Source: an uncultured virus (IMG/VR IMGVR_UViG_3300022072_000005) (lineage: Duplodnaviria > Heunggongvirae > Uroviricota > Caudoviricetes). Taken from it: a stretch of 56,629 bases of DNA. Position 1 is the stretch's first letter, and the number at the start of each line of letters is the position of its first letter. The notes under the pieces are model-generated. The model saw only the letters and a program-made list of their open reading frames with translations, did not search any database and was not told the origin of the DNA. This document shows positions 20,334-28,857 of this stretch, piece after piece. The stretch lies in IMG/VR virus record IMGVR_UViG_3300022072_000005, one strand, 5' to 3'. The translations under genes were made by a program, and so were the position numbers.

Positions 20334-21564
20334 ATCCCTAGCCGAATGGAGAAAATCAGATTTATCATCATATAATGCTGCTAGGAAACAAGGGTTTCTA
20401 AAAGAAATATGTGATTTATTTGGTTGGAAATTAATACCAAAAAAAATCTTCTGGACCAAAGAAAAGTGTGTAGTTGAAGCTAAAAAAAATGAAACTAGGC
20501 TTGAATGGAGAAAAAATAGTTATGGTTCATATGATTCTGCTAAAAGAAAAGGTTGGTTACCTGAAATATGTGATTTATGTAATTGGGAAGAACCAAAAAA
20601 AATATATTGTAGAAAACCTAATGGTTATTGGGGTGTATTAGAGAATTGTATGATAGAAGCGAAGAAACACAACACTCTAACTAAATGGCGTAAAGCTAAT
20701 CTCCCTTCCTATGAGGGGGCAAAAAACAATGGACACCTTAATGAATGTACTAAACATATGACAATACCTAAAATAGGTGTTAAATATTGGACATTAGAGC
20801 GTTGTAAAGAGGATGCGTTAAAACATAGTGGTAGGTGGGAATGGCAAAAATCTAAAGGTGGTTACAATGTAGCGAAAACTAAAGGTTGGTTAGATATTTG
20901 TTGTGAGCATATGCCACAAAGAAAAAAATGGACATATGAAGAGGTTAAAAAAATAGCATTAAAATATGAATACGCTTCTGATTGGGAACATGCTGACCCC
21001 TTATCATACTCAATAGCATCAACTAATGGTTGGTATGAAGACTTAACCGCACATATGGGTAGGAAAATAAAAAAATTAGGTTACTGGAATAATAAGGAAC
21101 TTTGTAAAAAAATTATCGCAACATGCAATAGTAAGGAAGAAGTTAAGAAACATCACGGTGTATTTAACTCAATTAGAAGAAATGGGTGGTATAAGGAGTT
21201 AACAGCGCATTTTAAACCAGCTACTGGTTTTTGGAATAAAGAAACATTATTAGAAGAGGCCAATAAGTATGAAACAATTAAGGATTTTAAGGATAATTCA
21301 AATGGTGCATACCAAACAGCTATTAAACTTGATTGTAAGGATTACGTGACACAAAATTTAATCAGTAATTTATGCAAACCTAAAGGTTATTGGACAAAAG
21401 AACGAATATTAGCCGAATCAATAAAATATACAACTAGAACTCAATTCATTAGAGCTGAACCAAGTGCTTATCGAATTGCTAGACAGTTAGGTATAATAGA
21501 TGAAGTATGTTCACATATGATAGTAAAAAGAAAGGTAAATAATGAGAGAAAAATCCCAATATAA
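20311..21564 (+). CDS. Helical repeat protein C (half repeat + 7 repeats)
   Basis: Same repeat; GTG start supported by an N-terminus matching the paralogs. Confidence 0.85.
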   Translation: MVEKSQYKSLAEWRKSDLSSYNAARKQGFLKEICDLFGWKLIPKKIFWTKEKCVVEAKKNETRLEWRKNSYGSYDSAKRKGWLPEICDLCNWEEPKKIYCRKPNGYWGVLENCMIEAKKHNTLTKWRKANLPSYEGAKNNGHLNECTKHMTIPKIGVKYWTLERCKEDALKHSGRWEWQKSKGGYNVAKTKGWLDICCEHMPQRKKWTYEEVKKIALKYEYASDWEHADPLSYSIASTNGWYEDLTAHMGRKIKKLGYWNNKELCKKIIATCNSKEEVKKHHGVFNSIRRNGWYKELTAHFKPATGFWNKETLLEEANKYETIKDFKDNSNGAYQTAIKLDCKDYVTQNLISNLCKPKGYWTKERILAESIKYTTRTQFIRAEPSAYRIARQLGIIDEVCSHMIVKRKVNNERKIPI

Positions 21565-22141
21565 ATCCCTAGCCGAATGGAAAAAAGCTAATCCAAAAGA
21601 TTATCAACGTGCATATCATAAAGATTGGTTGGATGATATATGTGAAAGGTTTGGTTGGGAAAGATTAAATTACGATGTCAAACCTTCTGGTTATTGGACG
21701 AAAGAAAAGTGTCTTAAAGAAGCTAGAAAATTTTCATTTAAAAGTGAATGGGCTAAAAAATCAGGTGGTTCATACGATAAAGCTTGTACTAATGGTTGGT
21801 TGGATGAATGTACAGCTCATATGATTGAAATTAGAAAACCAAAGGGTTATTGGACAAAAGAAAAAATTATAGCTGAAGCTAGAAAATACAATTCAATAAT
21901 TGAATGGCAAAAAAACTCTAACGCTTCAATAAATAAAGCTAGAAAACTTAAAATTTATGGTGAATGCATAACTCATATGGTTATGAATAAAAAACCAAAT
22001 GGTTATTGGACTAAAGAAAAAATTATAGCTGAATCTAAAAAATATGGTTCAATAACTGAATGGCAAAAAAACTCATTTACTACTTATAAAAAAGCGTTAA
22101 AGTTAAACTTTATTGTTGACTGCACTAAACATATGAAATAA
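21542..22141 (+). CDS. Helical repeat protein D (half repeat + 3 repeats)
   Basis: Same repeat; 5' DNA nearly identical to that of protein C. Confidence 0.88.
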   Translation: MREKSQYKSLAEWKKANPKDYQRAYHKDWLDDICERFGWERLNYDVKPSGYWTKEKCLKEARKFSFKSEWAKKSGGSYDKACTNGWLDECTAHMIEIRKPKGYWTKEKIIAEARKYNSIIEWQKNSNASINKARKLKIYGECITHMVMNKKPNGYWTKEKIIAESKKYGSITEWQKNSFTTYKKALKLNFIVDCTKHMK

Positions 22142-22143
22142 AG

Positions 22144-22272
22144 TTAACAATCACTTCCCTTGGATAAATTATCCTCACCCCATAACGGTTGAAGATTATC
22201 CAATTTCCAACACTCCTTAAATTCAATGTCATCAACGCTCTTAAATGAGAATGATGATATTGGCTTTTTATG
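22144..22272 (-). pseudogene. 3' remnant of an HNH endonuclease
   Basis: Reads HKKPISSFSFKSVDDIEFKECWKLDNLQPLWGEDNLSKGSDC-stop; no start codon between it and the capsid terminator. Confidence 0.75.
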
Positions 22273-22291
22273 GTTCTTTATTATAAATAAA

Positions 22292-22318
22292 AAAAGCCTT
22301 GCAAATTGCAAGGCTTTT
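22292..22318. terminator. Bidirectional terminator after the major capsid gene
   Basis: AAAAGCCTTGCAA-A-TTGCAAGGCTTTT between convergent operons. Confidence 0.85.
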
Positions 22319-22342
22319 ATATTCTCATACGAGCTTAAGATA

Positions 22343-24139
22343 TTATCTTAATTCGTTTGCGTTGAATGTTTGTAATCCATCTACTCTAACAGCCCCGTAA
22401 AAGCGGTTGTTAACAACTTTTTTAGCATAACGTGTCATTATACCTTTCACTGGCGCAAAGTTGAACGGGTTGTACATTGTAGGCGTAAGTTGCATTGGCA
22501 CGTAAGGTGCGTAGATGTAACCTGTATCTAATAAAGATTTACCTTTATGTCCCATAATCAATGACCAAGATGGAGCATAAGGGTCACGGTACACTTGGTA
22601 ACGTCCACTTAAAGAACCGATTTTCTCGATACCCATGTTGTATTGGTCTTGCTCAGGAGATGCATCAGATACGTGGAAGTATTCTAAATCGTCAAACACA
22701 GCAGAGATTTCAGAAGAAACCACGATGAAGTTTGCACCACCTCTAAGAGTTGATTTATGTATTTGTGCTGAAATTTGGTTAACTTTAGTAATTAAAGTTT
22801 GATTCCAGTCTTTTTGAGTGTAAGCATTAGCAGCTAGAGAAGCTTTTCTCCATCCGTTCCAATCCCATCTCAATTGCCATGCAGCAGCACTTCTTAAATC
22901 TCTTAAGATTTCTCTATCGATTTCAGCAGCAACTTGCTCAGAAAGCATTGCAGTTAATTCAGCTTCAGCATCAATGTTGTGAAATGCACTAACATCTTGC
23001 GCTAATTCTGGAGACCATGTAGCTCTTAATTTACGTTCTTCAACGGAAACAACAACCTCATCTAATTTGAAAGATACTTCTCCCATTTCAGTTTCAAGTT
23101 CTAATGTAGCATATTCTGCCCATGATACTGATAAATCAGCTGAAGTGAAACCAGAAGCTAATACTAAGTCAGCACCTACATAACCATCGTATGTTGAAGT
23201 ACCAGCTGCATCAACTGGGTGAGTCATATCTAATTCTAAAAATATAACACCAGCATCATCACAAACATCGTTGTAATCTACGATACCTCTACCATATTTT
23301 TGTGTTACTAATCTAAATGGTACAACACCACCGTCAGCAACAATTACGTTACCATCAGCATCAGTTAATGCTTCACCATTCATAACAACTTTTAAAGAAG
23401 CTAAGAAAGATTCAGTATCCATTGGGTTACCATCTGGTCCACTTAATCTACCTTTATTGATTGCGCTAAATCCACTTACTTGTAAGATTGCGTTCCTTAA
23501 AGAACCATCTGTAGCAGTTGGAAGTGCAGCAAAATCAGCAGCAGCAGCAAAAGTACCGTCTGCGCTTAATGTTACTAAAGCACCAGAACCAGCGATAATA
23601 GAAATTTCACCTTTAGACGAATCAAATAATCCATCATTATAATAAATATCATAAAGATTTTTAGATAAGTATTTAGTTGGAGAATAAGAAGGGTCAACAC
23701 CTTTTACAATTGGAAGTCCGTCAGAACCCATTGAAGTATGTGCAGAAAATTGTGGTCCATTTTTATGTGGGTCACCATATGCATCACTTGCAGAATCATA
23801 CCTAGCAGAAGTTTGTGGTACGAAGAAGAACAATTTACCAATTGGCATGTTCATAGCTTGTACAGATACAATATCATTTGCTAATAATTTTGAGAATACT
23901 CTTCTTACGATTGGAAATACAACCGTTTCAAAAGAACCTGAGCTAGAAGCGTCAGTAGACTCATTTAATAAGTGAGAAGCTTCGTTCTCATATAATTGAG
24001 CGATATTTTCTTTAACGTGTCCTTTAAGACCGTCTAAGAAACCTAAACTATCCCATTTATTGATAGTGTTCTCTCTTACTTGTTTCATGTGGTTAAGTCC
24101 GATATTACCAACTTGACCTGAATTTAAAAAATTTGACAT
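22343..24139 (-). CDS. Major capsid protein (T4 gp23-like)
   Basis: PIVRRVF..L.A.DIVSVQAM, RKLRATWSPELAQD...DAEAEL..EIDREI, GYIYAPYVP, GIMTRYA. Confidence 0.96.
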   Translation of the reverse strand: MSNFLNSGQVGNIGLNHMKQVRENTINKWDSLGFLDGLKGHVKENIAQLYENEASHLLNESTDASSSGSFETVVFPIVRRVFSKLLANDIVSVQAMNMPIGKLFFFVPQTSARYDSASDAYGDPHKNGPQFSAHTSMGSDGLPIVKGVDPSYSPTKYLSKNLYDIYYNDGLFDSSKGEISIIAGSGALVTLSADGTFAAAADFAALPTATDGSLRNAILQVSGFSAINKGRLSGPDGNPMDTESFLASLKVVMNGEALTDADGNVIVADGGVVPFRLVTQKYGRGIVDYNDVCDDAGVIFLELDMTHPVDAAGTSTYDGYVGADLVLASGFTSADLSVSWAEYATLELETEMGEVSFKLDEVVVSVEERKLRATWSPELAQDVSAFHNIDAEAELTAMLSEQVAAEIDREILRDLRSAAAWQLRWDWNGWRKASLAANAYTQKDWNQTLITKVNQISAQIHKSTLRGGANFIVVSSEISAVFDDLEYFHVSDASPEQDQYNMGIEKIGSLSGRYQVYRDPYAPSWSLIMGHKGKSLLDTGYIYAPYVPMQLTPTMYNPFNFAPVKGIMTRYAKKVVNNRFYGAVRVDGLQTFNANELR

Positions 24140-24177
24140 AATTTTAATTTATTTTAATTTTTGTTTTAATATTATTA

Positions 24178-25767
24178 TTAGTTAGTTCTTCTAATTAAAT
24201 CAAGAACTCTTTTTTGTGCTGGGTCAACATAAGCAGTCGTCTCATTTAATTGAGTTGATTGTCCTGATGTTTGCTCAGACATTAATTTATTTTCAATTGA
24301 CTCATTCATAGGATTTTTAGTTCCTAATTCAGAATTAATTCTTTTATAAAGTTTTTTAGACTCTTCAATAGTTCCAACTTCTTCATCAAATCTATTTAGT
24401 ATTCCTTTCTTCTCATCACTAGTAGTTGAGTGTTCTAAGAATAATTTAGTTGCATGTGTTAAGTTAATATTGAATACAGCAGTCTCGGTGATTGTTTTTC
24501 TAAAATCCTTAAGAGATGATTTGAACATGTCATTCTCAACTTTAAGTTTTTTAGCTTCAGCAAATAAAGTGTTATACTTTTTAACGGTTTCAACTAATTT
24601 CTTAGCTTCTACGCTTTCAGCTTTAACTCCCTTACCTTTGTGAAATGCTTTTGAACCAGCACCTTCTGGTTGACCTAATTTGTCAGCTCCAGTACCATCT
24701 TGCTTAAATGCTTGGGATAACCCAACCGCAATTTGTTCATCTACTTCTTCACCTTCTTCAACAACTTCTTCAGTAACTTCTTCAGTTTCTTCACAATCTT
24801 CTTCCATAATATGCTTAGCATGATTATCTCCGTTTCCGTTTTGTGCGTCATCTTTAAATCCACCTTCAAGGTTATCACCTGAATCAGAATCTTCTGGTGC
24901 AGTTTGTCCTTCGATATCACCTGTGTTAGGCGAAGCAGTGTTAACTAACTCTTTATCGTGACCTTTACCTCTAACTATGTCTTCTGCAATTTCATCATCT
25001 TCCGATAATTCAATTTCATAAACAATAGATTCACCTAATTCATCTTCATCTTCTTCCTCAGTTTCTTCAGTCTCATCCTCAACGCCAACTTCCGCATCCA
25101 TTTCTGGTTCTGCATCAGCTTCAACTTCTGGTCCAATTTCCACATCCATTTCTGGTTCTGCTTCCATTTCTGGTTCTGCTTCCATTTCTGGTTCAAATTC
25201 TACTTCTGGCTCACTTTCAAATTCGCCATCAACATCCATTTCACCTTGGTCTAACATACTACCACCACCGTTCATCTTAACATTGTACTCTGCTCCTGAT
25301 ACTGGGTCTTTAATAATTACTTCTTCTGATGATACAACTTCTATTTCGTCTTCTCCGCTTAATTTTTTGTAAACTGAGATAACTTCCTCGTCTGATGCAC
25401 CAGTCATGTCCATTCCGTAGTCTTCGCTACCTTCTTCTGCTCCAAGACCTATTTCTAAGTCTTCTTCTCCAGAGTCCATTCCTATGTCATCTAACCCAAG
25501 TTCTTCAGAACCACCTTCTTCTTCTCCACCAAAATCAGGTGTAGCTTCAGGTGCGTCATCAACTGGTAATGCGTCAACATCGCTGTCAACGTCTTCGATA
25601 TCTTCGATATCGTACTCATCCTCATTTAAGGATTCGTTTAGCGTGCTAGTAATCTCTTCTTTCGCTACCGAACGAAGTATTTCTTTAGCATTTGTGTTCA
25701 AAGTCTCTTCAATAAGATTGAACTCCGCTAATGCTTCTTCTATAATAGACTTTTTTCCGTCTGTCAT
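24178..25767 (-). CDS. Prohead core/scaffolding protein (gp22-like), very acidic
   Basis: Position between protease and capsid genes; D/E-rich body, coiled-coil C-terminus, many (I/L)xE sites; 18-bp EPEMEA repeats near 25146-25195. Confidence 0.8.
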   Translation of the reverse strand: MTDGKKSIIEEALAEFNLIEETLNTNAKEILRSVAKEEITSTLNESLNEDEYDIEDIEDVDSDVDALPVDDAPEATPDFGGEEEGGSEELGLDDIGMDSGEEDLEIGLGAEEGSEDYGMDMTGASDEEVISVYKKLSGEDEIEVVSSEEVIIKDPVSGAEYNVKMNGGGSMLDQGEMDVDGEFESEPEVEFEPEMEAEPEMEAEPEMDVEIGPEVEADAEPEMDAEVGVEDETEETEEEDEDELGESIVYEIELSEDDEIAEDIVRGKGHDKELVNTASPNTGDIEGQTAPEDSDSGDNLEGGFKDDAQNGNGDNHAKHIMEEDCEETEEVTEEVVEEGEEVDEQIAVGLSQAFKQDGTGADKLGQPEGAGSKAFHKGKGVKAESVEAKKLVETVKKYNTLFAEAKKLKVENDMFKSSLKDFRKTITETAVFNINLTHATKLFLEHSTTSDEKKGILNRFDEEVGTIEESKKLYKRINSELGTKNPMNESIENKLMSEQTSGQSTQLNETTAYVDPAQKRVLDLIRRTN

Positions 25768-25905
25768 TTGTTTATTGTGTTTTAAACTATTATTAGTAAT
25801 TTAGTATAATTAAAATCATACAGTTACTTAATAAATATGTGGTATTTTATCAAAATACCTGATTTAACCAAAAAAAAACTAAAATTTAGTTTTTTTTCTT
25901 AATTA

Positions 25906-26601
25906 TTATAATAAAAATTTATTTAATTTATCAATTAAAAGACTTTTTCCTTTAACCTCTGACTCCATAAATGGCTGTGCCTCAGACTTACTATTGAACA
26001 TATAAGACCCTGGTGTACTAGGACTAGTTACTATATCCCAACATATCAATTCAAAATCTTCTTGCACCATTAATTTACCAGCAATCTCATCTAAAGACCC
26101 TACACCCCTAGAAGACACTCCAACACGAATTCCCTTTCTAAGCATATTTGCAATGTTATCACCTTCACAAGATATAATTCCTTGGTTTATAAAACCTGGT
26201 GACATGATAATTTCTATTTCACCAACAAGTGTATGACCTTCCCACCAAATCTTTTTAATTTCATGTGAAACTCTACTATTTGAAATAACTGATGATTCTG
26301 GATGGTCACTTTCACCGATAGCTGACCTATTTCTAATAAGTTCTTGGTAATTAGTCGCTTCTCTCCTTAAAATGTACTCTGGGTATATTCTACCATTTCT
26401 ATTCTCAATACCAAACTTTTGTAGTACCACAAATAAAACTAACGGTTCAATCATAATAGCACCGCCACTACCAATCTTACTAGCTTCACTAATAAATGGT
26501 TTATTTCTTATATCATTTGGTTCAATAAAACCAGCATCACCTTCAATCAACAATCCAGTTCCTGTCTTACCACCTCTTATAATTTTAAATTCTGACGACA
26601 T
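25906..26601 (-). CDS. Prohead core protease (T4 gp21-like)
   Basis: NRNGRIY, GESDHP, VSH, GVSSRGVGS, WDIVTSPSTPG; ATG 26601 lies downstream of the late motif at 26616-26623. Confidence 0.94.
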   Translation of the reverse strand: MSSEFKIIRGGKTGTGLLIEGDAGFIEPNDIRNKPFISEASKIGSGGAIMIEPLVLFVVLQKFGIENRNGRIYPEYILRREATNYQELIRNRSAIGESDHPESSVISNSRVSHEIKKIWWEGHTLVGEIEIIMSPGFINQGIISCEGDNIANMLRKGIRVGVSSRGVGSLDEIAGKLMVQEDFELICWDIVTSPSTPGSYMFNSKSEAQPFMESEVKGKSLLIDKLNKFLL

Positions 26602-26656
26602 ATTTATCTTTTTCAATAAATATGCGAATAAACATAAAAAAGCCTAATCTTTACGA

Positions 26657-27124
26657 TTAGGCTTTGGTTAATGATTCATTAGCTGTCTTTTTTTTCTTAA
26701 AAAATTCAAAATGTTTATTTCTTTTAAAAACATCCTCTATCAAATTTCTAAGCACTCGATTAATTTCAAGATAGATTTCATCTGAGTCTAATGGTAGTTT
26801 ATTTATCTGATGTAATGTTATTTCACACCCCATAAAACTAGACTTACCATTGGTGATACCCGATTCTCTAATGTCTAAATCTACCATAGTCATAGATTTA
26901 TTAAATTTATTATTTAATTCTTTAAATAATGAAGTTCTTATTTCTTTATGAAATTTCCTTATTATTGTTTTATAATTATTATCATTATAATAATTAATTG
27001 TGTTACACCACCCACTAATCCTTAAATAAATTGTTTTTGGATTGTGTTTATCAATTGAGCCAAATGTTACATTTAAATCTTTAAATGATTCCAATTTTAT
27101 CTCAGTACCTCTATTATATGTCAT
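26657..27124 (-). CDS. Hypothetical protein
   Basis: ORF in the head block; ATG 27124 follows TTGACT-N16-TATCTT. Confidence 0.7.
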   Translation of the reverse strand: MTYNRGTEIKLESFKDLNVTFGSIDKHNPKTIYLRISGWCNTINYYNDNNYKTIIRKFHKEIRTSLFKELNNKFNKSMTMVDLDIRESGITNGKSSFMGCEITLHQINKLPLDSDEIYLEINRVLRNLIEDVFKRNKHFEFFKKKKTANESLTKA

Positions 27125-27212
27125 AAGGTAAAGATACATCAATTGGGGATTTAGTCAAGTGGTCTAATAATCATAAAACCAGGTGTTTATAAATTTTAAT
27201 ATATTTTAATTA

Positions 27213-27716
27213 TTAAAAAGATGACATTTTTAATATGTCATAAACTTTTTTTGGTGGTAATCCCAATGAAAAATTTTCATCAGTGCTTAATGTTGAGTAT
27301 ACAAAACAACCCCCTTGATATGAAGATAAATAATGAATTTCATTAGGTTTGAAAATATATTCATCTCCTACTTCATATATCTTACCAGTAAATTTGTCGA
27401 TTAACTGACCCTTTAAAATAACTCCATACTCATATTCATTATCATGTATATGTGGCATAATATAAGAGTGTGAGTCATATTCGGTGATTAAATGTTTGCA
27501 ATTATTAATAAAATTAAGGGCCATTATTTTAACACCCTTAGAAATATTTACTGGTAATACCTCCCACCTATCTTTAATAAACATTATTTCATCAGGTGTA
27601 ACATCTGGGAATTTTATTATAAAACCATCAAATCTTTTTTTAATGTTTCTAAGATTATTAACAGCTTTTAAATAATTCTCATTTTTTTCTTTAAAAAAAC
27701 TTTTAAATATATTCAT
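27213..27716 (-). CDS. Cupin-like protein
   Basis: PHIHDNEYE..ILKG...G....KPNEIH metal-binding pattern. Confidence 0.6.
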   Translation of the reverse strand: MNIFKSFFKEKNENYLKAVNNLRNIKKRFDGFIIKFPDVTPDEIMFIKDRWEVLPVNISKGVKIMALNFINNCKHLITEYDSHSYIMPHIHDNEYEYGVILKGQLIDKFTGKIYEVGDEYIFKPNEIHYLSSYQGGCFVYSTLSTDENFSLGLPPKKVYDILKMSSF

Positions 27717-27725
27717 AACTATAAC

Positions 27726-28016
27726 TTACATATTGGTTACTAAGACTTTAATATCACGAAGTAATTCTAAGATTTGTTCAGATACCTTATCATTTTTCTC
27801 TTCACTCTTTTCGTTCTTTTCTTCAATCTTACCACTTTTTTCTTCCCATAAAGTTGTTAATTTAATAACATCCTTAGCTAACCCATCTTTATCACTCTCG
27901 GCTTTATTTAATTTTTTAGCTAACCAATATATAGCAGCACCCATAACCACAACAACTGGGGCCTGTTGAATTAACCAGTTTATTAAATTGGGTGAAACTT
28001 GTAAAAATTGTATCAT
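27726..28016 (-). CDS. Small single-TM plus coiled-coil protein (holin-like)
   Basis: Hydrophobic QQAPVVVVMGAAIYWL followed by a charged helix, as in BhlA/UviB-type proteins. Confidence 0.45.
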   Translation of the reverse strand: MIQFLQVSPNLINWLIQQAPVVVVMGAAIYWLAKKLNKAESDKDGLAKDVIKLTTLWEEKSGKIEEKNEKSEEKNDKVSEQILELLRDIKVLVTNM

Positions 28017-28017
28017 A

Positions 28018-28806
28018 TTAAATTAATGTTGTTTTTAAATAATTAATTTTACTCATTTCAGAAGTGAAGTTGTCTGAATTATATTGATATCTTAATAATT
28101 TATCTTTAACTTGTAATAGCGTATTCTTTTCGTCTATGGTACATTCATTTAATTGAACGTCAATCAAATCCACACATTCTATAATCGTTGTGCTATATAA
28201 CTCTTTTTTATCACTATCACTACCATTAATACTTAACTTAATTACCTTTTTTTCTAATTCAGTTAAATTAGAGTACTTTTCATTAAATTTATTTTTTAAT
28301 AAGGGAATTAATATTTTATTTGAATAAGGTTCAACCACCTTATTAACACTTTTTAAGTCTTCGTTAATAACGCATGTATAGTTTTTTATGAAAAGCTTAG
28401 ATTCAACAATTTTATTAACGTTTTTAATATTCCTTTCTAAAAAGGTGATATTATTGATGTGCTCGTGAAGTGATTTAAAATCATATTCATCGGTATAAAG
28501 TTCATAACCATTCTTTTTTAAATAACTTATTAAGTTATTATTGGCTTCAAGGATAGTTTTCTTACCTAAGTTTTTAAGTATCGAAATGCATTCATCAACA
28601 AATATTGTTGTACGTTCTTCTTCGTTGGTAACATTAACTTTTGTTTCTAATTTATGATAAACATTATATTGGGATTTTAAAACGCTATTTTCTTTAATAG
28701 CTTTTACATAAGCCTTAAAGACTTTTTTACCTTTTCCATCTTTAGTTGTTATACTATCAGCTAGAATATTTTTAAAAGTTTCATTTATTTGTCCAAAATT
28801 TTGCAT
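28018..28806 (-). CDS. Hypothetical protein (head block)
   Basis: 262-aa ORF after the portal gene with late motif at 28822. Confidence 0.75.
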   Translation of the reverse strand: MQNFGQINETFKNILADSITTKDGKGKKVFKAYVKAIKENSVLKSQYNVYHKLETKVNVTNEEERTTIFVDECISILKNLGKKTILEANNNLISYLKKNGYELYTDEYDFKSLHEHINNITFLERNIKNVNKIVESKLFIKNYTCVINEDLKSVNKVVEPYSNKILIPLLKNKFNEKYSNLTELEKKVIKLSINGSDSDKKELYSTTIIECVDLIDVQLNECTIDEKNTLLQVKDKLLRYQYNSDNFTSEMSKINYLKTTLI

Positions 28807-28857
28807 TCTTTCTATTTTATAATAAATATGTTTCAGATTGGTTAAAATCGTTAATTA

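Noticed and set aside
19554..22141. 156-bp periodic DNA repeats as a CRISPR array or DGR template/variable pair
   Set aside because: Repeats are in-frame coding units with no unique spacers; differences are not confined to adenines; no cas or reverse transcriptase gene in the window
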